From positions 10,850,001 to 10,914,000 of the forward strand of contig CATNEN010000007.1 in the NCBI GenBank assembly GCA_950097015.1: a DNA stretch of 64,000 bases. The letters run 5' to 3'. The notes under the pieces were generated by a model. It did no database searches, was not told the DNA's origin, and saw only the letters and a program-made list of their open reading frames with translations. Both the position numbers and the translations under genes were made by a program. Below are positions 1 to 13,614 of this stretch, piece after piece; within the stretch, counting starts at the first letter, position 1, and the number at the start of each line of letters is the position of its first letter. Origin of the DNA: Macrostomum hystrix. Its lineage: Eukaryota > Animalia > Platyhelminthes.

Positions 1-467
1 CAAAGCTATGTTAAAAGTACATATATATTTTTGCGAGACAGTTCAAAAACTGATACCAAGCACCACTATACAGAAAACGATTTATAAACGAGTAATTGAT
101 AAATTCGATGTACCTTACTCAATTCCTAAATTTTATTATCAACTTCATTTGGATCGAACTGTCCATTAGTCAGTGGAGTTAACTATAGTAACATGGGATG
201 CTTTTGGCGTTGAAAGTTCGTTAATTAACTGATCGTTGCGTGGGATTATGCAGTTGTGCTATTATTGCATCGGACTATCCATCAGCACAAAACACAGTTC
301 TATTCCAGTAAAAAAATTCGGTGTTTAATTAGAAAAACAGGGGACTTGCAAAGCAGTCCATACGAACCGAAGAAGGCATACAAATGTATAAATAAACGGA
401 AGCTAAATTTGCGTGCAAAAATTGCAAGTTTGGTTCATGGGTTCATCCGCTGGCAGTCTGGGAGCAT

Positions 468-1813
468 TCAAAGACCGGAGGTCATTGCGCTGTTGTCGAG
501 GCTCGATTTGTCACTTAGGAGCGATCCGGTCAGCCCGATCAGGTTTTCTATGCTGGACTCTGCGGTGCTGAAGCCATGCGTGAAGGTCAGGCCGATGCTG
601 CTCTGCATGTCCGAGTCGAAATCTGTGGGTAAATTAAAGTAGATAATTTACCAATTACTTCTATGTAAAACTTAAAGTAAGAATATTTATTTTCATTTTA
701 GCACTGGACAATAAAATGCTTACTACTCAGGCTCAAGCTTCCATCATAGCCCTGCGCTGCTTTTTCAGACCCCTCGATCTGCGCAAAGGCTCTTGGAGAG
801 CTCAGGCTGGCGGGCAGGCTGCAGTCGGAAGGCCAGAGGTTTCGCATGCGCAACCAGCGAGCCAGAAGGCCTGCTGGATCTTCAAGGCTAAGTAGCCAGC
901 GAGCTTCAAACAGTGCAGCGAAGTTGGCCTCCTGGGTCTCCAGCACGATGCGGCCATTAAGGCACGAACCAATGCGCACCCCGTAGATGTTCTGCACGCT
1001 AGCCAGCAGTTGTCCGTTCTCTATGTCGCGGCTGAGAGAGGTTTCGTACGATAGGACCAGGCCTAAAGGCAGAGCTTGAACCAACCGCTGTTTCACTTCG
1101 AGCACACGAGTCGCATCCTGTCCATAAATGCTGATGAGATGGTCATCGTTGTGAAATTGTAGCATAACCTCAACCGTGCATAGAAAGTTGGCAAAGGCAT
1201 CCTCAGGGGCTGTATTTGCCGGCAAGTCGAAATCTTTGATAACTTGATAGCTGGCCGATAAAACTAAGTCTCTCCAGTGCACGTTCGGCAGACGCAATGT
1301 ATTGTACACGGCACCGGGGAAAAAATGCTGCACTTCGTTGGTCACTTGCAGAACTGCTGTTGACTGGCTCATCGTTCCGCGCACAGCAATTATTGTATAG
1401 TCACACTGCTGCTGATTCGATAAGGATATGCCCTTCTTGAAAGCCAGTTGAGAAAGGATGCACATTTGCTGAGCCTTCTCGTGACTTAATGTTGAGCTGG
1501 GCACAAAAAGCCGATTGATAAGCAGTTGATTATTCCTTATTCGCTCGCGACACTTCGCGAACTGTTGCACAAGTTTTCCCTCAGTGGCCCACGGGTCCGT
1601 CTTCATGCTGGCATTCGCTGGTGCCAAGATAACTTCGTCTTCGCCTTGCCAGCTAAAGTTTTGAGTCTCAGGCCTCACTCGCTCGGGGAAATGAATAAGC
1701 ATCTCCGTGCTCGCCTGCAGGAACTTGTGAGATTGACCCTTCTTGCCAATAAGATGGCTGTGGTCGTCGGATGATACGCTCATCCGAAGAGTTGGGCTCC
1801 GATTCATTGCCAT
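468..1813 (-). CDS. KH-domain RNA-binding protein, Bicaudal-C/GLD-3-like; predicted exons 1813-724 and 622-468
   Basis: DHSHLIGKKGQSHKFLQASTEMLIHFPE resembles the BicC KH motif (HSHVIGKGG...IHFP). ATG at 1813. A GTAAGC donor at 723 and CAG acceptor at 625-623 join in frame to a Ser-rich last exon ending TGA at 470-468. No SAM domain seen. Confidence 0.65.
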
Positions 1814-1892
1814 CGTAATCAAAGTCCTAGTCGAGGTCTGCTTATAGAGGAACACTGTGTTATGTATGTGCGTCGGATTCGGAAACTCTTGA

Positions 1893-2020
1893 TCTTAAAT
1901 ATAGACTTGAAAGAGAAGTCGTTCTATTGGTCTGGGACATTCGAGTCTGATTGGCTAGAGAAAAAAGACATAAAATAACAAGTTTTAGCTGCTCGTTTTT
2001 ATTGCGCTCTCTGATTGGTC
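1893..2020 (-). promoter_or_regulatory. Putative core promoter of the KH gene (TATA-like element plus three CCAAT boxes)
   Basis: Minus-strand TATATTTAAG at ~1894-1903. ATTGG (CCAAT on minus) at ~1926, ~1950 and ~2014. Confidence 0.4.
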
Positions 2021-3685
2021 GAGAAACCCTTTTACAAAATTTCGAAAATTAGTCTGGCAGACTGACACCCTCGCACTCGCTCCGTCACGCAGATCTTTGT
2101 AAACAACTATTTTCTTGCATTTCATGCAAGTACATTATTTTCGCCACTTATCTGCGCTCTTTTTAGAAACTTTATTACGAGTATTTAATATTCCAGCTTC
2201 ACACTTAGCGCCCGAGAAAGGCCCTCGCACAATAACAAGAGGCTGGAAATTTAGTACATGGGATATACGGAACGACGAATGCACTTATCAAATCTGAAGG
2301 ATTTTTTATCAACCTCAATGTAGTTAAGACAAATTACTGCATGAAATCGTCATAAGCCTTCAAGAATTTAACGCTAACAGTAGCATATTAAATGTTGTTC
2401 ATGTTCATGACGAGAAGATAAGTACTCGTATAACATCAAGTCCCTAAGTCCCTATAAGTCCCTAAGTAAAAATAAGAACTTAAGAGGAGCTCTTCCCCGA
2501 ACTAGACGGAAATTCTGTCGCCACGGTATTCATGGGTCTGGTATTTGCAGAAATTAAGCTGTTTCTTGTTATCATAAATTCTTGGATTTCTCTCATAGAA
2601 AAAATACTATTTAATTAATTTATTAATAGACTTTGAATTGAAAAACAGTGATCTGTTTCTGGCTTAATATTTACATTTTTTCAGTTTGATGTTTGCCGTA
2701 ATCGATTAGGTAGAAATGTTCGTTATTGATCCGTATGAAGCTTTTTGTGCCTTTTAAATCGCCTGTCTAAAAGTTTCAGGAGCAGGCCTTAATTGCGAGT
2801 ATAATCGTAGTTCATAAGATAATTAAGTCATTTATAGATAAGAGCTGTCTTAAGTGGAGTTAAATTATTTAATTTGTCTTTAATTATTACATGCTGGGGT
2901 GCGAAAAGTTCCGATCGCACATAAATCACCCGATTTCAACAGCTTCTAATTCACACCACACCACAATTTTTAGTTCATTCATACTTAACTTTCAGCATCA
3001 GGGCCAGTCCAATAGGATGCTCAGGGTGAGAAAAGGCGCTATCAGTTGGTTGGTTTTATTGCAGCAATAAAATACGACTCGTAGTCAAAACACTGAGCGA
3101 AACCAATTGATGACTTCATTTGATAGAGCGCCTCTATTGGAGCCAATTACAAGCTAAGTGTGATCCAGGCTGTAATTAAAATAAAACAAAAGTCCTGGTA
3201 TTTCAACCATTTTATTTTAGGAAGGGTTCATGGCTTTGTTTTTAGATAACAGAAGACGGTCGATTCAGCCCACCCTGAGGTGTCGGACCGTTAAGTTGCG
3301 ATACATGCAACGCAAACGACGAAAACAGGAGAGACACAACAACTTTGGAGTCTGGTGTGACCCGGACTCAGCGTGGCGCTGTCTGCCGCCATCCAGCTGG
3401 ACAACGCCGAGGGTCGGACACAGGCGCCAGCTAGCCGTACATCAGTCATACCCAACCCTATGTGTCTAGCGAGTAAAATACATCAGTTTATCAAAGACCA
3501 AGTGTTAAATCGTTCGTATCTTTTCTCTCGTTTCAAGAGACAGCCATGAGTGAAAAGCTCGTAGCAACATGAAACTTAGACTAACAAATGCTAGGCTCGA
3601 TAGTCACTGGAGTTGTGTCCCATTATCCGTCAGCACCAAAGCAATCAAAACTGCAATTTAATTTTTTAAGGCTTACTTGTGGGAC

Positions 3686-4613
3686 TAGGGGTTCCAAATC
3701 CCGGACATTTTCCGTACTGGACTAACAATTACCCAATCTCACGATTGAACTAAATTTGTCAGCAAAAGTTTTTTCTCCACCACCTAAAGCATCTTCTGGG
3801 TTTCTATTTCTGACTTTTGACTGCTTTTAAGGTGTTGACATATTCTATCGTAATTTTCTATTGCTAGTAGCTATTGTTCAATGTTCAATTTCGACTCTCG
3901 AGTTTCAGATCAGCTGTAATTGCTTTGATGCCAGCACTTTCCTGCCAGTTGTTTATCAATAACGTAATTACTAGTTTTTCTTGTTCTTGTTCGCACATTT
4001 AATGCTCAGTGTTACGTGTCCACTGTCCATTGCCCATGTACACTTATTTGTACATACTATTATTTAAACCCTCGTCGGCTCGTCGTCACGTCGCAGTGAC
4101 AAGGGCTTGTGCCTCAGACAGCCACCTGGCGCCGGCACATGCCACACTTTTTTCTGTCGGCTTTCCTTTCCTAAGTTGCTGCGGGAGGCCAACAGGCAGG
4201 GCCCAGAGTTACTGTCTGTCAGTGCCCAACACATCGGGGCCATCGCTAATTGCCATGGACATCGAGGCAATTGAGGTTGAGGAACTGGAGGTCAAGGAGG
4301 TTTTGAAGCACTAGATAGATAGTTGACTTGGGTCTTGGACTAGACACTTACTTAGACAGTGAGCAGCTAGCCTGCTAACTGCTAAGCCAACTGTAGTTAA
4401 TTGTTTTCTTACTACTAAATAGCTAACTGCAAGACAAAAAATGTAAAAAATGTATATAAAAAATGCAGAAACGAGAAAACGTTTCTGCTCTGCAACGCAT
4501 GAGTTCAAACTTCCAAGTGTAATCCCGTATATACCGGGATCCCGGATCCTAATCCCGGGATCCCGAACACTGACAGAAAGGCGGGATCCCGGGATTGGGA
4601 TTCGGGACCCCTA
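3686..4613. mobile_element. Possible degenerate hAT-like element with TAGGGG termini and GGATCCCG subterminal repeats
   Basis: Left TAGGGGTTCCAAATCCC vs reverse complement of right end TAGGGGTCCCGAATCCC. GGGATCCCG cluster at ~4533-4595. No TSD match. Confidence 0.3.
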
Positions 4614-4693
4614 TATCAGGCCTATATATTTTACTTTAAAAAACCCTCCGCTTTTTCCTGGCCACCTGAAAATTGTTTTTTTTAGTTGTAAAC

Positions 4694-4994
4694 CAGGAGT
4701 CGGCAAACTCCGGCCCGGAGGCCAGATGCGGCCTTCGAAGCTCCCAAATCCGACACCTACAGTATCCTGTCTCATCTATCCCATGTCTCATCTCTCCTGT
4801 GTTTCATCTCTCCTGTGTTTCATCTCTCCTGTGTTTCATCTCTCCTGTGTTTCATCTCTCCTGTGTCTCATATCGCCCTGTCATCTCTTCTGTCTTATTT
4901 CTTCCCAATCTCATATCTCTACAGTCAATGCTGCTCGCTGTCATCTTTCAGGTTCTCTCTTTGGCCGGCTAGCTAAAAAGTTTGCTGACCCCTG
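4694..4994. mobile_element. hAT (Charlie-like) MITE with perfect 8-bp TSD
   Basis: TIRs CAGGAGTCGGCAAACT / AGTTTGCTGACCCCTG. TTGTAAAC flanks both sides (4686-4693, 4995-5002). Internal 16-bp tandem repeat CATCTCTCCTGTGTTT. Confidence 0.85.
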
Positions 4995-7900
4995 TTGTAA
5001 ACTTTAAATTAGTAATATAGTGAAATGCTTCTAACTTGATACTTTTTCTACATTCTACTGTTAATAGCACATCAGACATTTTTAACATAAATTTTTTTGA
5101 TGGAATCAGTTTTTCGTACAAGCACCAATCCTGATCCACACGCCATGGAAGATCCGCTGCCACAGTTGTTGGCATGCACTTGGCATCGAATGCATTTTCG
5201 GACCGCAAATTAACAGCTTTAGGACAAATAGGTCATAAATCTTGTTCAAGCGGAAATTTTTTCGTGACTTCCAAAAAAACGGAATCGGAAAATTATTGTT
5301 CCTACTCCCATCGATTGTCCCCATTGAAATTGAAAGCAGTGAATCAAAATCGAAGTATAAAGTGCCACCTGTCAGGAGTCAGGCTTACTCAATCCAAGCC
5401 AAGATACCTCTATAAATCGCGGAGCGAACAGAATAGGAGTTCCACTTCCACTCAGTGAGGCAAAAAATTCGCAACTATGCCAGCAATGCTCAGTGCGATG
5501 CTCCATATTGCCCATGCCCATGCAAAAAAGCAATGCGGGTCGGCCTCTGCATCGCCTCTGGGGCCTTGCTCCCTTGCTGCACACGGGCAAAGAAAAAAGG
5601 TAGATTTTTTGCAAATCCGTCCCGCACTTCAAGGGGACTCAGAGCTCTCGCTAGGCCACCTGTACCCAATTCAAGCTCTGCTCTCCCTTGACAAATACAC
5701 TCTCGCTTTACTTAGCGTCAGCGCCCAGCTGCCCTAGGCCTGCATGCCTGGGCCACAATGCGCCACACAGCAGCGACGGCGATGATGGGTAACAGGCGGG
5801 GATGCTGTGTGGAAAAGGGATGCAGTGGGGGCGGAGTGGCAGAAATCCTCAGCTGAGGCCGCGGCGGTCTCTCAGCTTCTCTTCTCTCCTGCAGCATCGG
5901 ATGCGGGCGACTCCCCAGATATATTGGCTATAGGGATATAGCACCGGGGAATCATGGGGAATGGGAGGCCTAAGGACCAGAGCCAGAGAAGAGGGCCCGC
6001 ACCCTGTGTTTGGCTGGCAGGAAACTCGCGTTTCGCACTCAGCTCTCACGGTCTCCCATCGCTAACCCGCCTATACTGCTCATCAGGCCTCAGCATCTCT
6101 CACAGCCCCTCCCGTTGCCTGTCTTCCCATCTGCTCGCATCCTCTCCTTTTTCCCGGCCCTTTCCTCTTCATTTTCTGATTATTGTGAGGAGCTCCCGCA
6201 GCCCTCAGTTTTTTATGCCCGCTCCCTCGCAGTCGCCACCACACCCACCCACATATACCTAGCCAGGCTAGCCCCTCTTGGTCCGCCGGCTCCCATTCAC
6301 CCCCACGGCTCAGTTCCTCTCAGCATCTTTCTTTGCCTCTCACACGGCGGGCGGGCGGGGCGAAAGAGGCCTGGGCGAGGCGAAGTGAGGGGGCAATGCA
6401 GGCGACAAGCCTGGCTGAATGCGTGGCCGCGTGGAAGCGCCGCGGAGAGGGCAGCGCTGGCTGCTTGCCGGATCGGCCGGGCCTTGTGGCGATAATTTGG
6501 GCACGGGGTAGCGGATGCCGCCCCGGGAGCCGGGCCTGATAATCAGCGGGCGCCATCCGGCCACCGCCCCAAACTCGACTTCTGCATTAGAGAGGGGAGG
6601 GGCAGGTGAAGCCCCAGCGCTGAGGGGCGGCTGAGGACCATAGCCGGTGTGGGTGGGGCTCTCGCTTTGTTCGCCCATCCGGGGCTGTTTCCCCAGGGCG
6701 CGGGGGAACCCCACCAGACGCGGTGCCTACCCACATTCTCCCCTCAGCATCTCCGCTGGCTAGCTGCAACCGGGCGAGGCGGCTCTAAGCTGCTGGGGCC
6801 ACAGGGGGACTAATCGATAGAGGCAGGAAAAGGGGAGCTCCATTGCTCTTAAGTCCTCCGCTCCTCGCGGTAGGATCCGAGCCCATAAATTTGCCATGAA
6901 GATGGGTATGGAGACCAAATTCGATTAACCCTGGGTGTCCCCATCGGATGGGGCCGCTATAGGAGTGGCATGGACGATGGAGTTAAAGGTGACTCGCTCT
7001 CTGCTACACTCCTCGCTGAGTCCCCGCCGACTCCACGGATCAGCCTCAGCCCCCCTGACCATCGCAAGATTCTAGCAGTTAGAGTGGCAAAGCACGATGC
7101 AATTGAGACAGTGAATCACTTTCAGATTCATCTTCCACCAGGAGGCAGAGAGGGGCTCGATTCGGTCTGGACCAATCAGGCTTAGATCAGAATCTCCTGG
7201 ACTGACTGCAGGCTTCAGACGAAAGCTAATTGGACGGTGTTTTGTTTTAAATAAAGCACCGATTCCATTCACATATTCTAATAAAAATAAGTGTACTTCA
7301 GAAAAGAAAACTGTTTAATTGATTCTCAGAATTGACAGAATTTGCGAGAATGCGATTGCTGCACACATTAAGCTCGAAAAACTCTGGCTTGGCGAAAAGT
7401 ATTTGTATTTACAATTAAGCAAGATCTTCATTAATTTTATTCTGAGAGAGCCTTTTAAAAAAAGCAGACCCACAGAGCGGGGTCAGTGGGATCATGGGCT
7501 CCTTACAATTGACCATCCTGAGGCCCTCATGGTGGCAAAAACTATGCATTTCAGCGCGGTACAGTGCCTCAGTGATTCAACTATCAATGGACTGTCTCTC
7601 CTCTCTCACTGCGGGCTTCATTTCCGCAATAGCCCGATTACTTTGGATGCCAGACTTGTTTGCCTACACATCAGCCCAACAGGCAGTGCCGAGAAGCCGA
7701 TTCAAAGGCTCTTGTTTCACAACAAAATTGGGTCCCACAGACCCGGCGCGCCAAAAAACTCGGCCGAATTGCGCGAGACCCACTGGCTGCCTCAGCTGAG
7801 GTGAGAAAAAGTTTCACAGACATAAAATCCGAGGCACGGGACTGGGGAGAAAAGTGCGACCCAACTGCCTGCGATTTAAAAGCTTCAAGTTTGCAAAAGA

Positions 7901-9004
7901 GGGGCTGCAGGTCTGGGGCTGATGGCGCTGCCTCTGCAGACGGAATCGGGGACACAGAGTGGCCCGGGAGCTGAAACTCCCCCCACCTAGCCCCCTTATA
8001 CACAAAGTTGAACCCACTGCTGCCTCCTGTGCTTCCTCTCCCAAGTCCCCAGTCGGTTTCTTCAGGCCAGCCCGAGATGAAGAAGGAAGCTGCAAGCAGG
8101 GAGAAGGGAGGCTGCGGCCGCCCCGCCCACCCAGCAGCTCACAAGGGGAGCCTAGAGGCGGCAACCAAGACGCAACCCTGGCCTCCACTGCCCTATTTGC
8201 CAGCCCTCACTCACACTGTGGTGTGCCCCCCAGCCTCGCCCAGCGGTTCCTCACAACACAGCACGCGGCCTTCACTCTCGCTCCACGGCAGCACCTCGCA
8301 GCCATCCAGCCTGGTGATGCTGGAGGAGATGAAGGGGTCGGCGGCGCAGGGATTGAATTTGGAGCGGCCTTAAAAAGAATTGTGTATGTGGCGTGTGTGG
8401 CCGCCGCTGATCCCGGGCCCACCTCCCATCACACGCATAACCCAGTCGCGGACCATCCCTCACTCGTCTTCCTGGCCTCTTCCTCATCTCTCCCTATGCA
8501 AACCAGGGGAGTGAATCCGCTCAAGTGGGTGGAGGCCTGGCCCGGCTCCCACAAGAGGGGAACTGGCGGGCCGTGTGGGTGGGAGCAGTGAGAGAGCCGC
8601 CGGCCTGGCGATACCCACTGCGTGGCACACATGCCCCTCCTCCCCATCGCCCAGGATCTCCCACGGGCGGGATTTCAGGGGGCCGTTGGCTGGGCGGGTT
8701 CGCAGCGTGGGTGTGAGGCAGCGGGCCGCTGGCAGTGCTGGGGACAGCCAGCGGTGAAGGGGGGCACTCGAGCGAATCCCCGGCACGCCTAAAGGAAGGC
8801 CTCCTGCCCCCCTGTCCCCTCCTCTTCCCACACCCACCCCGTCTCCTTTCCCCCTTAAATCCCAAGCCACCGCTGCTATAGCGAAGGCAGTGCGCCAGGC
8901 CTTCTCTCTTCATCCCTCACATCACGGCAGATCCAGCATCCAAGTCCCCATCGCTCTCGGCCATCCGTTTCTCCCAGCCTTCAATTCCAGCTTCCTTTTC
9001 GTCC

Positions 9005-11431
9005 ATGGCCACAGCAGCAGCGGCAGCTGGCCTTGATCTCAGTAGCAGGGGCAGCGCCAGCGGCAAGAGGTCTCGCAAGCGACGCGTCACCGATGAGGAC
9101 AGCCCGAAGGCGGATCTCCGCTGCTCGACCGACGCCGCGGCCCCGGGCTGTGGTTCGCCGATGTCACCTATGCAGCAGCAGCAGCCGCGCCAGTCCTCGA
9201 GTCTCAGCCTCGGTGGCGACTTTGAGGAAGCCAGAGAAGATGAGGAGGATGAGGAAGACGACTCCGAGGACAGGCAGAGCGGCGTCGGTGGCGGTGTCGG
9301 CGGCGGCAGCAGCGTCATCGGAAGCAACAATGTCGGCATCACTGGTGGAAGAATGGACGATGAGCGGCTGAAGGCGTTCAATGTGAGTCGTCTGTGAAAT
9401 TAAATCAAAGTTTGGGATTTGCCAGCCTTGCTTGCTTGTTTTGGCACCTGTACTGACCTGTCCGATTAAATTGCTAGAATATGAGGCACAGCTAACATGG
9501 ACAAGGGATGTCGGACTTACAAGTTGGAAATTCCTCGGTGCCTTCAAGGGAGATTTTTCTCCAGGGATCTCTCGCCCACGGTCGTATTCTCATTTTCTCA
9601 CGTGAATACCTGGTCTAATCAGCGAGAAACCCGAGAGGTGCCTCGGGTTTCCCGAAGCAGTCACAGCAGAGCATGGAGGCGGAGTCCTCGACAGAAACTG
9701 GAAGGCACTCTGAATTCTGCATGCTCCTAGGGATCCTGAGGCTAACTCAAATTAAAAAAAGGTTGGTGGCAGTCTAGATTAAATGCAGAAAAACCAACCT
9801 CACCTTGTTGGAAGCTGAGAAATCCAACGTTCGGCAAGTGAGCTGAAATGTTAGAAATAAAGAACTGACGAGGACTGAGCCTCCAGGCCTAACGCTTGAA
9901 TAAGACGCAGAGCTGAGCACCGAACAGGCAGACGAGAATAGGACTCAGCCCAATGAGTCGACCTGAGCCGCACTTCAAAACACCCGCAGTTGTTCGTCAG
10001 GTTCTTCGTCGACGAGAACATGGACCGCATGGTGCCGATCTCCAAGCAGCCAAAGGACAAGCTGAGCGGAATCCTGGAGGCCTGCGAGCGGCAGTTCCCG
10101 GAGTTCTCGGACAGGGCCAGGAAGCGGGTGCGCACCTACCTCAAGGCCTGCCGCCGGAACGGTCGCAAGAACGGCGGTCTGCCCCAAGAACTGGTGAGCA
10201 CAGGCTCCCTCCAATATGGCAGAGAGAGCTGAGTAGTTGGAAACTCACTACTTGTCAGTAGGCTGTTAAGTGAAGAGCCTATTCTTAAACTCTTACAGCC
10301 CAGGACAACTCCGTCTCACCTGACTTCGGCCACGGCGGAGGGCATCCTGGAGAAGGCACTGGCAGGGGAGCGGGAGCTCCAGGCGCGACTACCTCCCGGC
10401 CGGCCAAGATCCGAGCGGCCGGAACCGCCGCAGCCGTCTCTGAATACCCCGAAGCCACCGACGCCGCAGCCGCCGACACTGCAGCCGCAGCCACTCGGCA
10501 GCAGTAGGCCAGAGAGGCCGGCGGAGCCCCCTCGGCTGACTGAAAATTCCTCCTCGGCCCGGCCCGCAAAGCAAGCGAAGTCCGCGCCCAGCCCTGCCAG
10601 CAGCAAGGATCCGGTCGCCGCATCTGCGCCAGCAGTCATGGCAACGGCGCCGCCGATCCATCCGATGGTCATCAGCAGCCACGGACATGGGGCGGCGGCA
10701 GCAGCTGCAGCGGCTGCTCTGCTGGCGGGACTTCCACACGGGCCGCTAATGTCTCCGTTTGCCGCCTTCGCCTCACCCTTCCTGCCGCTGCATCTGGCGG
10801 CCGCCCGTCCGTTTTCAGCAACCGCCGCGGCAGCCACCAACGCTAGCGGCGGCTTCGGCAGCTTTGGTGGCTTCGTCGGTAGCATTGGCGGTCCCATGTG
10901 GGATACCCGCGAGCGCGACCTGGACTGGCCGGCATTCGAGGCGCTGTTCAGGGCGCAGATGAGCCAGGCGGGCGGGGACGGCACAGTGAGTGCCCCGCGC
11001 TGAACAGACAAACTGTGCACTTCCGCATGCGCTACATGTAATTACACTCGAGCCCCAGGCTTCCTGCTTTACTTGCTGCTGATTGCTTCACTGAGGACAC
11101 TGATTAAGTAGCAACCAATAGCTGCAGTGCAAATCCTTCCGGGTGAAATTAATTTGAACTTTAATTCCAAATGAACTTTATAAATCTAACTTGGGCAAGC
11201 AAAACCACATACAAAACACAAAATATTAAGACCATGGTAGCTATGGTAGCTTGCGCAAAGTAAATTGCTCCAGCTGTTCTCGCTAACCCTAACCCAAGCC
11301 TCATCGCGAAATTGCAGGTGGACAAGACCGCTAGAAATTTCCGCGAAGCCGCCGCCTTTCTCAGCCGCACAGCCGACTACATCGAGACGGAGCAGCTGAG
11401 CTGCAGTGGCAACAGAAGCAGCAAAGCCTGA
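9005..11431 (+). CDS. NOL4: Nucleolar protein 4 (NOL4/NOL4L)-like; exons 9005-9382, 9990-10193, 10299-10985, 11318-11431
   Basis: Spliced ERLKAFN|[56 protein letters not shown], then [14 protein letters not shown] and a C-terminal [16 protein letters not shown], match the conserved NOL4 blocks. All introns are GT-AG, phase 0. Confidence 0.85.
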
Positions 11432-11778
11432 TCGCCAAGACTGATTGTATTGTAAAAAGATGCCCCTGTACTGTACGAGCTCACCCACGCGCTGTCATAC
11501 CTCTGGTGATGGCCTTGCTGTTTTCTACTCGCTTTTTCATTCTCACCCGTGTGCAGCGGCTCGAGTGACTGAGCGGCTCCCAGCGCCCCAATTTGGCTGT
11601 TGACTATGCAGACACGCGATAACACAGAATAAAGCAGTGCTAACCTACTCACTGGCAGTAGTAGGCATCGATCACGTTTATCCAGACTTATTGCTGAAGT
11701 CCCAGAATTCCCCGGCTGGCCTTGCGTTCATATGAGATATCCCTATCAACTATCGGGTCAGAACTGTCTGGCCTACAT

Positions 11779-12419
11779 CTGAGTCCAGGCCCAAGTTAGC
11801 GGTACATCCACTGCTTGTGTTCTGAGTCCAGGCCCAAGTTAACGGTACATCCACTGCTTGTGTTCTGAGTCCAGGCCCAAGTTAGCGGTACATCCACTGC
11901 TTGTGTTCTGAGTCCAGGCCCAAGTTAGCGGTACATCCACTGCTTGTGTTCTGAGTCCAGGCCCAAGTTTGCGGTACATCCACTGCTTGTGTTCTGAGTC
12001 CAGGCCCAAGTTAGCGGTACATCCACTGCTTGTGTTCTGAGTCCAGGCCCAAGTTAGCGGTACATCCACTGCTTGTGTTCTGAGTCCAGGCCCAAGTTAG
12101 CGGTACATCCACTGCTTGTGTTCTGAGTCCAGGCCCAAGTTAGCGGTACATCCACTGCTTGTGTTCTGAGTCCAGGCCCAAGTTAGCGGTACATCCACTG
12201 CTTGTGTTCTGAGTCCAGGCCCAAGTTAGCGGTACATCCACTGCTTGTGTTCTGAGTCCAGGCCCAAGTTAGCGGTACATCCACTGCTTGTGTTCTGAGT
12301 CCAGGCCCAAGTTAGCGGTACATCCACTGCTTGTGTTCTGAGTCCAGGCCCAAGTTAGCGGTACATCCACTGCTTGTGTTCTGAGTCCAGGCCCAAGTTA
12401 GCGGTACATCCACTGCTTG
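11779..12419. repeat. 43-bp minisatellite, ~15 near-identical copies
   Basis: Unit CTGAGTCCAGGCCCAAGTTAGCGGTACATCCACTGCTTGTGTT. Confidence 0.95.
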
Positions 12420-12924
12420 CGCAAATATCCTCTGAGACGCAAATCAGGACTTGTTCCTTCACTGGTCATGCACGTATGCTCCTCCTGCTACTCGCAGTAG
12501 CTAGATAAGAATGTTTACATTTAAATGCGTAAAAAACGAAAGCGCAAAACACTGAGTAAGGGGAGAATTTCGGGGACAGAGCCACAACTTGAGTACACAA
12601 GAGAATGGTGTTAAAGAGCAATCAGTAATAATTTAATTTCATTTGAAAACCGAACAAATAGTGATTGCTGCTAAATAGGGAGGAACTGGGCAGTAGCAGC
12701 CAATCAGGCAAATCAAAATAGTTTTCGAACGGGATAAAATTGCGATGCCGGAATGGGCGACGCGGAGAAGCGGTCGACATGGGATGGTCCGTTGCCAAGG
12801 CAACACAACCGCGTTGCTATGCTACAGGTCCTATCTACTGAAACTGCACATGAAGATGCTACACGAATTGTACTTGGCAAAAACTCAAACCTTTTTACTA
12901 AAAATAAACACCTTATCTTAATCT

Positions 12925-13112
12925 ATGCACCTTAATGTACACCTGACCTAAAACTATGGCCCCTTAATGTACACCTGACCTAAAACTATGGCCCCTTAAT
13001 GAACACCTGACCTAAAACTATGGCCCCTTAATGAACACCTGACCTAAAACGATGGCCCCTTAATGTACACCTGACCTAAAACTATGGCACCTTAGTGCGG
13101 ACCGGACCTAAA
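12925..13112. repeat. 32-bp minisatellite, ~5.5 copies
   Basis: Unit ATGGCCCCTTAATGTACACCTGACCTAAAACT. Confidence 0.9.
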
Positions 13113-13614
13113 TAAGTGATAGGAAACGAAAAAATATTAGACTTTCAAAGAAACAGCCAAAAATAGCATTTCAAAAAGTGCACAAAACAATTAGGTCGGC
13201 TCTCTCCATGGCGGTCATCAGCACGCGAAAAATGAAATGAAGGAGCTCTAGTCAAGCGGCTAGCCTAGCAGCGACTGGGGCCAATCACAGCTAGACACTA
13301 CAGGGCTTGTCCCCGAAGGCAAACAGACACAATAGAACAATATAACACGGAGCTCTCAAAAGCAGCAAATATGCAACTGGCTGGAGCTGCTCACTGCAGC
13401 CATGGGACTCTGAATATTCGAGCTGGTTTCCTTCCTAGGTGGAATTTTCCTTTGATCCAATGAACCCAAGGGTGCCCAAATCCAGGTCAAGATGGGCCTC
13501 CCGTTTCTGATGCACTCGTATGATAAGTCCCTGACATGGGAGCATGCAGACGTTGGTTTAGGAAGCAGTTAGAAACCCAGTCCCCGCGCTGTCACTAGAT
13601 GCCTCAGCGGCTGC

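Noticed and set aside
3230-3469. Short basic ORF downstream of CCAAT boxes
   Set aside because: No recognisable domain or splice structure; cannot be supported from sequence alone
11779-12419. Regular repeats resembling a CRISPR array (also 36395-37054 and 49267-52820)
   Set aside because: Units are head-to-tail with no unique spacers, the context is eukaryotic and there are no cas genes
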